A stretch of DNA of 63,962 nucleotides, filler included, from Octopus bimaculoides (GCF_001194135.2; 6 parts of 5 records of this genome joined end to end with filler, not necessarily neighbours in it), one strand, 5' to 3'; counted from the whole stretch's first letter, positions 35,639 to 48,260 are shown. Notes: generated from the sequence alone by a model not told the origin. Numbers and translations are program-made.

Positions 35639-35902
35639 ATTTAGATCACCTGTGAACTAAGCCCCAATACTTTGTATAAATGTGCGTGTGTTTATTTAGC
35701 CAGGTAAAAAAAAGAAAAAATACCATCCCGAAATATATATATATATATATTCTTTCTTTTATTCTTTTACTTATTTCAGTCATTTGACTGCGGCCATACT
35801 GGAGTACTGCCTTACAAACACGAATAAGTACTGTAACACTTTCAAGGCGGTGCCCCCGCGTGGCCGCAGTGAAATGAATGAAACATTTGAAAGAAACACG
35901 TA

Positions 35903-36220
35903 ACTGGCACTCCGTTGGTTGCGACGATAAGGGTTCCAGTTGATCCGATCAACGGAACAGCTTGCTCGTGAAATTAATGTGCAAGTGGCCGAGTACTCCA
36001 CAGACACACGTACCCTTAACGTAGTTCTCAGGGAGATTCTGTGAGGAACAGTGTGGCAAGGTTGGCCCTTCGAAATACAGGTACTACTCATTTTTGCCAG
36101 TGGAGTGAACTGGAAGTACGTGAAATAAAGTGTCTTGCTCAAGGACACGACGCGTCGCTGGGAATGGAACTCACGACCTTACGTTCGGGAGCCGAATGCC
36201 TTAACCACTGAGCCACGGAC
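35903..36220 (-). mobile_element. Chimeric SINE: family B head and core with family A 3' body
   Basis: Core GTGTCCTTGAGCAAGACACTTTATTTCACG joined to GAGAACTACGTTAAGGGTAC...TTGATCGGATCAACTGGAACCC, which is shared with 7233 and 16534. Confidence 0.88.
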
Positions 36221-36631
36221 CTTCACCCGATGAAAGAAATAAAAGCCATAAGACCCCCACGTGGTCATCCGATTTGCTAGAACTAGCAGTCAAATCCCAC
36301 TTTAATCCTGACCCTATAGCACCGTATAGCGAACTAGAGTATCTGTACGTGGTTACTTTGTCTGCTAGAAGTAGCAGTCGAATCTCCCTCAAATCACTGC
36401 TTTCCTTAGTTTTTTTTATTCCTTTCACGACAGGCAGGGTTATGATATGAGGGAAGTTGAGTTGCTATTTCTAGGAAGTCGAGCCACAGCGATAGTCATG
36501 ATTGGAACGCTGTTTCTTATCGGTTTTAGGTCTGCTCAGTTAGGGAGGGTCAAAACACTGTCTGATGTCACCACCACTTCATGAGGTTTGTTTCCTGTGT
36601 TTATTTGTGGGTGTTGAAGTCACAAGAAGTT

Positions 36632-37572
36632 GGTGGGTGGTGGTGGTGGTGGTGGTAGTAGTAGTAGTAGTAATAGTAGTAGTAGTAGTAGGTCGTGGTC
36701 GTCGTAGTGGTGGTGGCGGTGGTGGTTGTTAAGGGCGTGGTCATAATCACCACCACCACCACTATCATCACCACTATCACCACTATCACCACTACCAACA
36801 ACTACAACACAAACATCAACAACAGCAATAGTAATACTGTCACCGCTACTACTACCAACACACCATCACCAAACTACTGCCCCCCCACCATTACAATCAC
36901 TACACCCATTACCGTTATCATCATCATCACCAGCATTACGACCACAATCATGACAACCTCCACCATCAACACTACTACCACCACCACCACCAACAACAAC
37001 GCAAACAGTAGCAGTAGCTGTAGTAACACAACCCCCTCCCCCAGCACCATCCCCACCGTCCCTACTTTCACTTTCACTTTCACTCTTAACATAAAAATAA
37101 ACAAAATCAAAAACCCCAGCAACATCAGCTCCACCTCTGCCACGACCTCCGCCGCCCCTCCTTCTCTTGATCAACACCAATTAGTGCGCTACCACGACGA
37201 CAATGACTACTAGCACCACTACCACCAACATCACCTCCACTAGCAACAACACAACAACAACAACAACAATGATAATAATAATAACAACAGTCCGCCGCTC
37301 CGTCAAAGCACATGTACAATTTTAACACCCACAAATTTAACACCCACAACATGGTTACAAACACCCACAAGGAAAACACACGAATAATGCTGCTACCGAC
37401 GCCGCCACTGCCGCCGCTGTCACCACCACTGCCACTACAACCACCACCACCACCATCACCATCACCAATGTGCCACCGTACCGCAAGCACCACAACAAGC
37501 TCCACCACCGCCTCCGCCATCGCGTTAGTGCGTCCATCGTATCAACGCCACCAACACCAGCGCTCCACCACC
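36632..37572. repeat. Mosaic trinucleotide tract: (GGT/AGT)n switching to (ACC/ACT/AAC)n
   Basis: Strand polarity flips at about 36730-36748. Confidence 0.92.
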
Positions 37573-38481
37573 NNNNNNNNNNNNNNNNNNNNNNNNNNNN
37601 NNNNNNNNNNNNNNNNNNNNNNNNNNNNNNNNNNNNNNNNNNNNNNNNNNNNNNNNNNNNNNNNNNNNNNNNNNNNNNNNNNNNNNNNNNNNNNNNNNNN
37701 NNNNNNNNNNNNNNNNNNNNNNNNNNNNNNNNNNNNNNNNNNNNNNNNNNNNNNNNNNNNNNNNNNNNNNNNNNNNNNNNNNNNNNNNNNNNNNNNNNNN
37801 NNNNNNNNNNNNNNNNNNNNNNNNNNNNNNNNNNNNNNNNNNNNNNNNNNNNNNNNNNNNNNNNNNNNNNNNNNNNNNNNNNNNNNNNNNNNNNNNNNNN
37901 NNNNNNNNNNNNNNNNNNNNNNNNNNNNNNNNNNNNNNNNNNNNNNNNNNNNNNNNNNNNNNNNNNNNNNNNNNNNNNNNNNNNNNNNNNNNNNNNNNNN
38001 NNNNNNNNNNNNNNNNNNNNNNNNNNNNNNNNNNNNNNNNNNNNNNNNNNNNNNNNNNNNNNNNNNNNNNNNNNNNNNNNNNNNNNNNNNNNNNNNNNNN
38101 NNNNNNNNNNNNNNNNNNNNNNNNNNNNNNNNNNNNNNNNNNNNNNNNNNNNNNNNNNNNNNNNNNNNNNNNNNNNNNNNNNNNNNNNNNNNNNNNNNNN
38201 NNNNNNNNNNNNNNNNNNNNNNNNNNNNNNNNNNNNNNNNNNNNNNNNNNNNNNNNNNNNNNNNNNNNNNNNNNNNNNNNNNNNNNNNNNNNNNNNNNNN
38301 NNNNNNNNNNNNNNNNNNNNNNNNNNNNNNNNNNNNNNNNNNNNNNNNNNNNNNNNNNNNNNNNNNNNNNNNNNNNNNNNNNNNNNNNNNNNNNNNNNNN
38401 NNNNNNNNNNNNNNNNNNNNNNNNNNNGTATATATAAACATACATACATACATACACACGTACACACACACACATATTTAT

Positions 38482-38532
<51 letters not shown>

Positions 38533-38600
38533 CATATATACATACATACATACACGCATACACACAAAACAGATAAAGTGAGAGGGTACACATACATCAT

Positions 38601-38633
<33 letters not shown>

Positions 38634-38685
38634 CAGAGAAAGAGAGAGAGTGAGAGTGAGAGAGAGGAGTGCACACACACGCACG

Positions 38686-38730
<45 letters not shown>

Positions 38731-39744
38731 GCATATAGGCACACGCGCGCACACACTGGCACATAGATATAGGTGCATATCTGATATATTATAGATATAT
38801 ATAAATACGGGTAGGAAGGCAGGAGGCCGGCAGAGAGGCAGGTTGAGCCAAACAGACATACAGGCAGTCTGACAGACAGACAGCCAGGCAGACAGGCAGG
38901 CAGGATAAACACAGACCGACGGACAGATAGCCAGGCAGGCAGGCAGTGACAACAGAAAGGAAGGAATACCATTGCTATTTACACGGCTTAACAGATAGGT
39001 AAGTGCTTTTCATGTTCAATCTCGAGATTCGTCACTTTGGAAAACAATAACGAAACAAAAAAAAAAAAAAGAAAAGGAATGATAAACCAAAACAAAAAGA
39101 AGGAAGGAATGAAACATACATTTTCTTTCTTTCTTTTTTATTCTTATAATTGTTCTGGTCGGATTATTCAACCACATAGTACACAGCCCGGGTTTGGTAG
39201 AACTATGCTAAAAAAAACATTCAAAACTATGACCATTCCATGTTTGTGTGTACATATGTATATCTAGGAAGACATTAGCTAATATGTCCTTCAAATCTAT
39301 CTTTTTATGTTTTTAATTGTTTGCTTTTCAAGACGGTAGGTTACGAGTTGAGGAACTTTGGCTGTTATTTCTAGTACGCTAATTGACCTCATAGAGGCGC
39401 CCAAGTTGGCTCCTACTTTCACTTTTTGAATTATTGCCGTCCTTGTTTTTTTAGTCTAGCGTCTTCCCCTGTTCAGTCAAAAGTATTCTCTTTATTCTTT
39501 ATTCAGATATAATGTTTACATAGATACATAGATATATAGATAGATACACACACACACACACACACGCACACACATATATATATGGGTGGTACACTTATCG
39601 CAACTATAAGAAGCATAGGTTCAAGTCCCATACATACGGGAAACCCACTTTTTTTCCGTTCGGGTCTTATATTAGACTATTTTCTTCGGTCAGTACACGG
39701 TGATCGCTTATAAGCTTTAAGCTAATACCATATCATCATCATCA

Positions 39745-39799
<55 letters not shown>

Positions 39800-40240
39800 N
39801 NNNNNNNNNNNNNNNNNNNNNNNNNNNNNNNNNNNNNNNNNNNNNNNNNNNNNNNNNNNNNNNNNNNNNNNNNNNNNNNNNNNNNNNNNNNNNNNNNNNN
39901 NNNNNNNNNNNNNNNNNNNNNNNNNNNNNNNNNNNNNNNNNNNNNNNNNNNNNNNNNNNNNNNNNNNNNNNNNNNNNNNNNNNNNNNNNNNNNNNNNNNN
40001 NNNNNNNNNNNNNNNNNNNNNNNNNNNNNNNNNNNNNNNNNNNNNNNNNNNNNNNNNNNNNNNNNNNNNNNNNNNNNNNNNNNNNNNNNNNNNNNNNNNN
40101 NNNNNNNNNNNNNNNNNNNNNNNNNNNNNNNNNNNNNNNNNNNNNNNNNNNNNNNNNNNNNNNNNNNNNNNNNNNNNNNNNNNNNNNNNNNNNNNNNNNN
40201 NNNNNNNNNNNNNNNNNNNNATATACATATATATATATAC

Positions 40241-40299
<59 letters not shown>

Positions 40300-40317
40300 C
40301 ACACACACATACACGTG

Positions 40318-40356
<39 letters not shown>

Positions 40357-40639
40357 ATGTGTGTTTGTATGTATATTTATGTGTGTTTCTTGGTGTCTGA
40401 GTTTGTTCCTAACAACGGCTTTACAATCGGTGTCGGTGTGTTTACGTTCCTTTTGGTTTGGCATAAAGAGACTGATAGAAGAATTAAGAAGTTTTAGAAA
40501 AAAACAAACAAAAAAAGGAATGGCGTCGATCCATTCGACTTCAAAAATTCTTCAAGGCAGTGCCCCAGCATGACCGCATTCCAATACCTGAAACAAGTAA
40601 AAGATAAAGGATAAATTCTATAAAACCTTGCGGTATATT

Positions 40640-41850
40640 TAATTACGGTTCTTCAAGTTCTGAGTTCAAATCGCACCGAGGGCAACGTTGCCTTTTATCT
40701 TTTGCGAGTCGATGGCATAAAAATACCAGTCAGATACTGGGGGAAGAAAACTCGTCTGTTTTGTCCCTAAAATTTTCTAGCTTTGTTCCCCCATTAAAAA
40801 TCGTTACGAATAGTATTTTGGCGTTCTAAGTTCAAATCCTACCAAAGCTAACTTCATTGTCATCTTCATGAGGTAGATAAATCGATAAAGTACCAGTTAC
40901 GTACTGGGGGCGAACACAGTCATCTGTTTCTTCTTACCAAACTTTCCACCTCGTACCTAGACCAGTCATTGTTATAATAGTACTTTTTGTTCTGAGTTCA
41001 AACCCTGCCTAAACCAACTTTGATTTTTATCTGCCTGTGGTCGATAAAATGAAATACCAGTCATGCACTGGGTCAACATGGTCACCTCTTTCCTCCCACT
41101 ATACTTCTAAACTTGGGCCTAGTTAAAAAATAGTTTTAATTAGTATTATATATATAATTCAACTTTAAATTTCATTATCTTGCGGCCGATAGAATAAAGT
41201 ACCAGTCAGTTACTGGGGTCGACATAATTGCCAATATTTTCCAACCAAATTTCTTTGTTACCATATGTGAAACCGTTATACATAATATCATGTTCCGAGT
41301 TCAAACCCCACTAAATGCAACTTTAACGTTCATACTTCTGGGGGGTCAAGAAAATCGCTCGCTTCCTCCTACCAAATCCTGGTTTACTGTCTCTCTTACA
41401 ACTCTTTTTTTCTCTTTTATCTTTTCTTTTTTAATCCTTTATTTTCATTGAGTTCGTGGGCTGTACCTTGTGGTTTTTTGATCAACAACTTTTACGTTTC
41501 GAATTCAAATCCCGCTTGAGAGATCAACTTTTACCTTTTGCCCTACCCGAGTCGTGAACGCAGTGTACCCCTCAAATTTTTATATTTCATTGCCATGTTT
41601 TTGTTTCAGTTTTGAGTTCGAATCACGCCGAAATCAGCTTTACCATATTTCTGTTTGGAGGTGATAAAATAATCTACTGGGATCAATAGGTGTTGATGTA
41701 GCTCCTCCCCTCAAAACTTCTACATTTCTTCGTAAACGAAAGACTAATATTTGACCCGTTGTTCTGGTTCTTGCGTTCTGAGTTCAAAAACCGTCGAATT
41801 TAACTTTATCTTCCCTCCTGGGTCAGTAAAATAAAGTGCTATTCAAGTAC
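40640..41850 (+). repeat. Degenerate tandem array of about 8 SINE-C-derived units
   Basis: B-box-like GAGTTCAAA/GAGTTCGAA at 40662, 40828, 40994, 41297, 41501, 41614 and 41780 (a unit near 41160 lacks it), each followed by the ..ACTTT...GTCGATAAAAT..TACCAGT core. Confidence 0.8.
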
Positions 41851-42081
41851 CATTGCCGCTGGTATCAAACCACACTTCGTACCTAAGGTACAGCAGTGTG
41901 GTTATGTAAGAAACAAGTATTTGACCCAAGAGTTCAGACATTCACAAAGAAAAATGAAACATGAAGTGAGGAATAAGGTAGTTGTTGGTGCCTCATAGAC
42001 CCAGGTCGGACTTAATTGAATAGTCTTAGGATCAAATGCATTCCTAGCACGACCATCATGTCTTATACCTTTGAGGCATAG

Positions 42082-42129
<48 letters not shown>

Positions 42130-42273
42130 CATATATACTTACACACCTTAACATATATATACGTATATATATGGGTGTGTGTACATATGTATACATGTAT
42201 ATGTATATATATATACGTGAATATATATGCATATGTATATATATGCGTATATATATATATGTGTATATATATG

Positions 42274-42315
<42 letters not shown>

Positions 42316-42330
42316 TTTATATGTCTATAT

Positions 42331-42458
42331 ACACACATTTGTCTTAATATGATCCAACAATAGCTGTGTATAAGCACGTCTTCAGGTGAGTGGAGAACGG
42401 ACTCTACTTACCTGAAGACGTGCTTATATACAACAATTGTTGGATCATATTAAGACAA

Positions 42459-42466
<8 letters not shown>
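42331..42466. repeat. Long inverted repeat (61-bp arms, 14-nt spacer)
   Basis: 42331-42391 versus 42406-42466, 4 mismatches. Confidence 0.93.
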
Positions 42467-42495
<29 letters not shown>

Positions 42496-42619
42496 TGTGT
42501 GTGTGTATGTATATATATATATTCATGAGTAAATGTACGTATATGTATGCATATGTGTATATATATGTTATATGTGTATATCGATGTATGTATGCGTCTG
42601 TTCGCATACATATGTATGA

Positions 42620-42658
<39 letters not shown>

Positions 42659-42853
42659 TGTATATTTGTATATACATACATGTATATAAGCATATCTATA
42701 TGTGTATATTTATATATACTTGTGTATTGGTATATATAAATATATACATATATACATATGTCTATGTATGTATATTTATATATGCATTATAGATATATAT
42801 ACATATATATATATATATATGCGTATATGTATATATGTCCATATATGCGTGTA

Positions 42854-42892
<39 letters not shown>

Positions 42893-42902
42893 NNNNNNNN
42901 NN

Positions 42903-42946
<44 letters not shown>

Positions 42947-42958
42947 CTATATCTATTA

Positions 42959-43273
42959 GGGCGCATGGCCTAGTGGTTAGGGTGTTGCACGCAAGATCGC
43001 TAGATGGTGAGTTCAATTCCTAGACCAGGTAGTGCGTTGTGTTTTTGAGAAAAACACTTCACCTCACGTTGCTCTGACAATGAGCAAAGCAAAACACTTC
43101 CTCTCACGTTGCTTCGACACCTGACGCGTGGTATACACCTGTACACCTGTTCAGACAACGCCGATTTGATGGAGAGAAGTGAGTTAATGTACACCACATG
43201 CATTTCATTAATTTGATCACTATAAACGAATCATTCGTGCAGGTCGGTCGGCAAAAGCTGAACGCTTGTCCGT
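42959..43273 (+). mobile_element. tRNA-derived SINE, family B-like head with a third 3' body
   Basis: TGGCCTAGTGG / GAGTTCAATTCC boxes and duplicated AAAACACTTC..CTCACGTTGCT core segment. Confidence 0.75.
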
Positions 43274-43300
43274 CATACGGAGACTGCACTGAAGACTTTC

Positions 43301-43370
<70 letters not shown>

Positions 43371-43484
43371 TTATTTGTATGTATGTATACATATATACAT
43401 ACACACACGCACATATATCTATGAGTACATATATATGGTTTAAAAGTGTACAAAAATATACAAAAGCAGAGACAGGTGAAAGAA

Positions 43485-43600
43485 CAACAAACAAGGTGTA
43501 TCAGTTTGACGCTCAGGAAAAATGGAAGAAGTCTTTGACGTTTCGAGCCTACGACCTTCTACAGAAATGAATGATGTGAGAAAATAGATGAGGATATAAA
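43485..43600 (-). mobile_element. Penelope-like terminal repeat copy
   Basis: AACAACAAACAAGGTGTATCAGTTTGACGCTCAGGAAAAATGG...GACGTTTCGAGC, nearly the same as 27465-27600. Confidence 0.6.
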
Positions 43601-44285
43601 TACTCACACACACACACACACACACACACGCATATAAATACATATATGAATATACTCATACACACATATAAATAGTATGACAGCTAAACCTGCTATATAT
43701 TTTTATATGCTCATTGCTTTGGTTCTGGTAAACTTAGACCGGTGGTAAAGGTTTTTCGTGTAGCAAATAGTTTATCGTTTTTTTCTCTTTCCATCAAGGT
43801 TTTAGACTGATGCGTATATTTCTAAAGCCAAACCAAATCAAACCTAACCAAAAAAAACAAAAAACAAAAAAACAAAAAACAAAAGCAAACACAAAAATGC
43901 GTGGCATATTATTGTTGTCTTTAAGGCGGAACAGTGACAGAATCGGATATAATATATTGCAGTTTTTATATGTATATATATACATGCATATGTGTATACA
44001 TAGATATGCATTACATATACTTCATATAAAGTAAAGGAATAGAGATTTGGAATCCGAACCGGTACTTTATTAGCACTCCGGTATAATCCAGATCTGGTTA
44101 ACCACATCGAATGATAGGGAACTTACATAATTATTTAAGATAAACAATTAAACGTTACTTGACTCGATATGTAAATTCCTGAGTTCGCTTCAATGTATTT
44201 CATACAGAATACCCAGCATATTTAATCAAGACATCGTAAAGAAGAATGGAAAAGTATACATGTTCAGAATGTTTCTATTACAGTA

Positions 44286-44440
44286 TTACTCACATTAAAT
44301 TCCAATCCGACACATGTTTCTGCTGGTTAAGTATCCTGCTTTCATCTAAGTCAAACGGAATGTACATAAATACTACACCAAAGACATTAGGACACTTAGC
44401 CAACAGAAACACGTGTCGGATTGGAATTTAATGAGAATAA
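44286..44440. repeat. Inverted repeat (52-bp arms, about 51-nt spacer)
   Basis: TTACTCACATTAAATTCCAATCCGACACATGTTTCTGCTGGTTAAGTATCCT versus the reverse complement of 44389-44440, about 6 mismatches. Confidence 0.88.
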
Positions 44441-45190
44441 TAAAGTAATAAGAAAATTCTGAAGATGTATAATTCTCCATTCCTCTTTATTATATATGTA
44501 ACATCACTCGTATACATACATATATTTTTAAACATGGCTTCAATCACTTCTCTTACTTCTATGTCAAAGAAATAGTAATCCTTATGGCTTCCGTTTGCAA
44601 ATAATGATTCCAAATTCCTGCTATTATTATGAATGGTCAAGGATCAATCATAATGAAAGTTACATGAAATGTTTGAATAATGAAATGTTTGAATAAATAC
44701 ATAATCTGCAATAAATGTTTGAGTGGTGTATATACAGTGTTAGTATTACTACTATGAATATATATATATATATATATATATATAAGCATACACATATATA
44801 CATGCATATATATATATNNNNNNNNNNNNNNNNNNNNNNNNNNNNNNNNNNNNNNNNNNNNNNNNNNNNNNNNNNNNNNNNNNNNNNNNNNNNNNNNNNN
44901 NNNNNNNNNNNNNNNNNNNNNNNNNNNNNNNNNNNNNNNNNNNNNNNNNNNNNNNNNNNNNNNNNNNNNNNNNNNNNNNNNNNNNNNNNNNNNNNNNNNN
45001 NNNNNNNNNNNNNNNNNNNNNNNNNNNNNNNNNNNNNNNNNNNNNNNNNNNNNNNNNNNNNNNNNNNNNNNNNNNNNNNNNNNNNNNNNNNNNNNNNNNN
45101 NNNNNNNNNNNNNNNNNNNNNNNNNNNNNNNNNNNNNNNNNNNNNNNNNNNNATATATACACACACATATATATATATACATATATATAT

Positions 45191-45549
45191 GTTCTTTGAG
45201 CCACTTCTTCACTACCTCCACACTCACCAGATTTAGCGCCTTCAGGCTATCATCTCTTCGGCGTCACGAAAGAAAGTTTGAGAGGCAAACATTATTCCAG
45301 TGACAAGGAAGTGAAAACTGTAGTGAAGAAGTGGCTCAAAGAACAGTCAACAGAATTTTACGGGGCAGGGATACATGCTCTCATTCGAAGGTGGAGAACA
45401 TTGCTATTGAGAGAAACGGTGACTATGTTGAGAAGTAGGGATGTGATCCACAGAGGACCAGCTTCATTTTGATGTAGGATACATGTTGCTGTGCTGGTAA
45501 TTATACCTGGTCTAAACAAAATGTCATTACTTTTTGACTCACCCTCGTA
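45191..45549 (+). mobile_element. Mariner 3' end, same family as 18736-19081
   Basis: PHSPDLAPSGYHLFGVTKESLRGKHYSSDKEVKTVVKKWLKEQSTEFYGAGIHALIRRW (YSPDLAPSD motif with D to G), and TIR ...TTTTTGACTCACCCTCG followed by TA. Confidence 0.92.
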
Positions 45550-45588
45550 TATATATGTATCTATATGTATATGTATATATGTATGTCT

Positions 45589-45634
<46 letters not shown>

Positions 45635-47199
45635 GTATGCATGCATTTAAAATTGCATCGATTTTAAATGTTTGTAGAAGACCGGTCTTTGGGGTCCCTC
45701 TTTCCACTTTCCGGTAAGAACGTCATTAAAAATTCCATAAGGATTTCCTTAATGGTTTTTCCTATAGATTATAGATAATTTTCTAAAATAGAAGATAGGA
45801 TCCCGGATATTGCAAGGGTGGAGTGCGAACCATTTTAACTAGCTGTGCATATCTTATTCCCAGAATAATGAACATTCCAAAGTTTGAAGTAGATTCCCCT
45901 ATCTTATCATCTGTTTATCTCATAATCTTGTCATTCCAACATCATAAGAAACTTGTCTGGAACCACCTGATATATTTCGTGGAATTACCTAAATCCATTT
46001 ATTCGTAGATAAGTGAAAATAAATCAACTTATACAACAGGCACTGTTATGACTGTGTGGTTAAGAAGTGCGCTGTTTTTTCGCAACCCTATGGTTTCGGT
46101 TTCGTTCCTACTCAGAGGCAACTGGCATAAGTGCATTCTACTTTAGACCCAGTCTGACGAATGCCATCCCTTGTGAAAGAATTTAGTAGACGGAAACAGT
46201 GCGGAAGTCCTTTTGATTTCTTTTTTTTTCCGTTTCTATTTAAGTTATTAGACTGTGGTAATGATGGACGATTGCTTTCAAGAATTTTAGTCCAACGAAT
46301 CGAACCCCAGTATTANNNNNNNNNNNNNNNNNNNNNNNNNNNNNNNNNNNNNNNNNNNNNNNNNNNNNNNNNNNNNNNNNNNNNNNNNNNNNNNNNNNNN
46401 NNNNNNNNNNNNNNNNNNNNNNNNNNNNNNNNNNNNNNNNNNNNNNNNNNNNNNNNNNNNNNNNNNNNNNNNNNNNNNNNNNNNNNNNNNNNNNNNNNNN
46501 NNNNNNNNNNNNNNNNNNNNNNNNNNNNNNNNNNNNNNNNNNNNNNNNNNNNNNNNNNNNNNNNNNNNNNNNNNNNNNNNNNNNNNNNNNNNNNNNNNNN
46601 NNNNNNNNNNNNNNNNNNNNNNNNNNNNNNNNNNNNNNNNNNNNNNNNNNNNNNNNNNNNNNNNNNNNNNNNNNNNNNNNNNNNNNNNNNNNNNNNNNNN
46701 NNNNNNNNNNNNNNNNNNNNNNNNNNNNNNNNNNNNNNNNNNNNNNNNNNNNNNNNNNNNNNNNNNNNNNNNNNNNNNNNNNNNNNNNNNNNNNNNNNNN
46801 NNNNNTATATATATATATATATATATATGTTTATATATAGATACGCGTTTGTGTTTCAACCCACCACGCTTCTCAAACGTTATTGGTTTATTTATGTCAC
46901 AGTAACTTAGCGCTTCAGCCAAAAAGTTCGATAAAAACTGTACTGGTGTCAATTTGTTCTGAAAACACTTTCAGGGCAGTGCCCCCTCCCCTCCCCAACA
47001 TGGACACTGTCCAATGGCCGAAATGAATAAACACTGAAAGATAAACGATATTGTAGATGTCGCAACACACATCAAACGTTTTATCCGAGTAATGCCATCA
47101 AATTTCAGACGAGAACAATTCTCAATGCAATACATTATAAGTATGGTGGCAAATTCACAATCCTTACAATTAAATATAATACCGTTTGGGTACCTTGCT

Positions 47200-48260
47200 A
47201 TATAAACACTTTACATCATGCTTAAAGACCACAAGAGACTTTCGAACTTTAGAATTTCCTATACATCCGAAATTAATCTAATCAAGCCTTACAAAAGTCA
47301 TCTGAGGTTATTTGGAAAGAATATTAGACTCTGTTAGTCTGAACATTAGAAATTGTACTAGATTGATAAATTAGCACAATGAAATAATAGTGTTGTAGAT
47401 ATTCGGTGGTTTAAGAATATAGATGATAAAGCACAAAGTGGATTATCTGTCTAACGGAACATAATAGAATACTATCCTTCAATGTTAAAGTATCTACTCC
47501 CGAAAACCATGGAATTTGAGGAAGAATACATCACATTCAATGATATTACTATGAATATTATTATGAACGACAGGGAATCACGTATGCTTTACGACAATTC
47601 CCACTGAGTCAACAAAAAATTGGAAACGGTGGGTAGTTGGATGAATTTGATGGCGTTGAACTAGTAAACGTCTTCATTCTCTATAATATTAAGAAATGTA
47701 CAAGTTTCTACATAATCGGGTTACATAGAGATGATAGCCTCACTGTCTACTACAACATGAACAAATTTAGAAAGCAACAAATAGAATTTTATGGTGCATG
47801 GCCTCAGACACATAGCTACACTGACCTTAGAACTATTATTAATTTCCTAAATTCCATCACAGACAAGCGCCACTGTAAGCTACATAAAAATGAGACCACT
47901 ACGTATATAAATAAGATTCTAACCACATCTGCTATTATAAATTAAAAATATACGGAATATGTAAATGAATATCGAACAACAGAGATATTTTCAATGCATT
48001 ACAATGCAACACTAATATGTTGTACAATGAGAAGGCTGTCTGGGTGGGAAAAGATCTTATAAAGAACATCCTTACAAAACTGCAGTTACGGAAAGACGAT
48101 GATCATCTGGTTTAACCCACCATACAGGGTATATAAAAAATATACACCCAAGCTAAAACTCCATCATTTTAGTTAAACATTTTCCCATAAAAAAAAAATC
48201 CAAACGTTTTAAAAAGAAAATAATATAAAAGCCAGCTGTTAATGCTTAGAAAACGTTGTC
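47200..48260 (+). mobile_element. Decayed Penelope-like element, RT region
   Basis: Colinear motifs across stops and frameshifts: YIMLKDHK, INLIKPYKSH, IRWFKNIDDK, EYYPSM, IIMNDRES, GLHRDDSL (47718; GLYRDDGL-like), IINFL, IIWFNPPY (48102), KHFP. Confidence 0.85.

Noticed and set aside
38999-39004. Perfect AG|GTAAGT donor
   Set aside because: No convincing acceptor or open exon upstream, and it is expected by chance at this window size.
44557-44617. Possible minus-strand 61-nt exon NLESLFANGSHKDYYFFDIE with GTAAGA donor
   Set aside because: The acceptor lacks a polypyrimidine tract and the peptide is not recognised.
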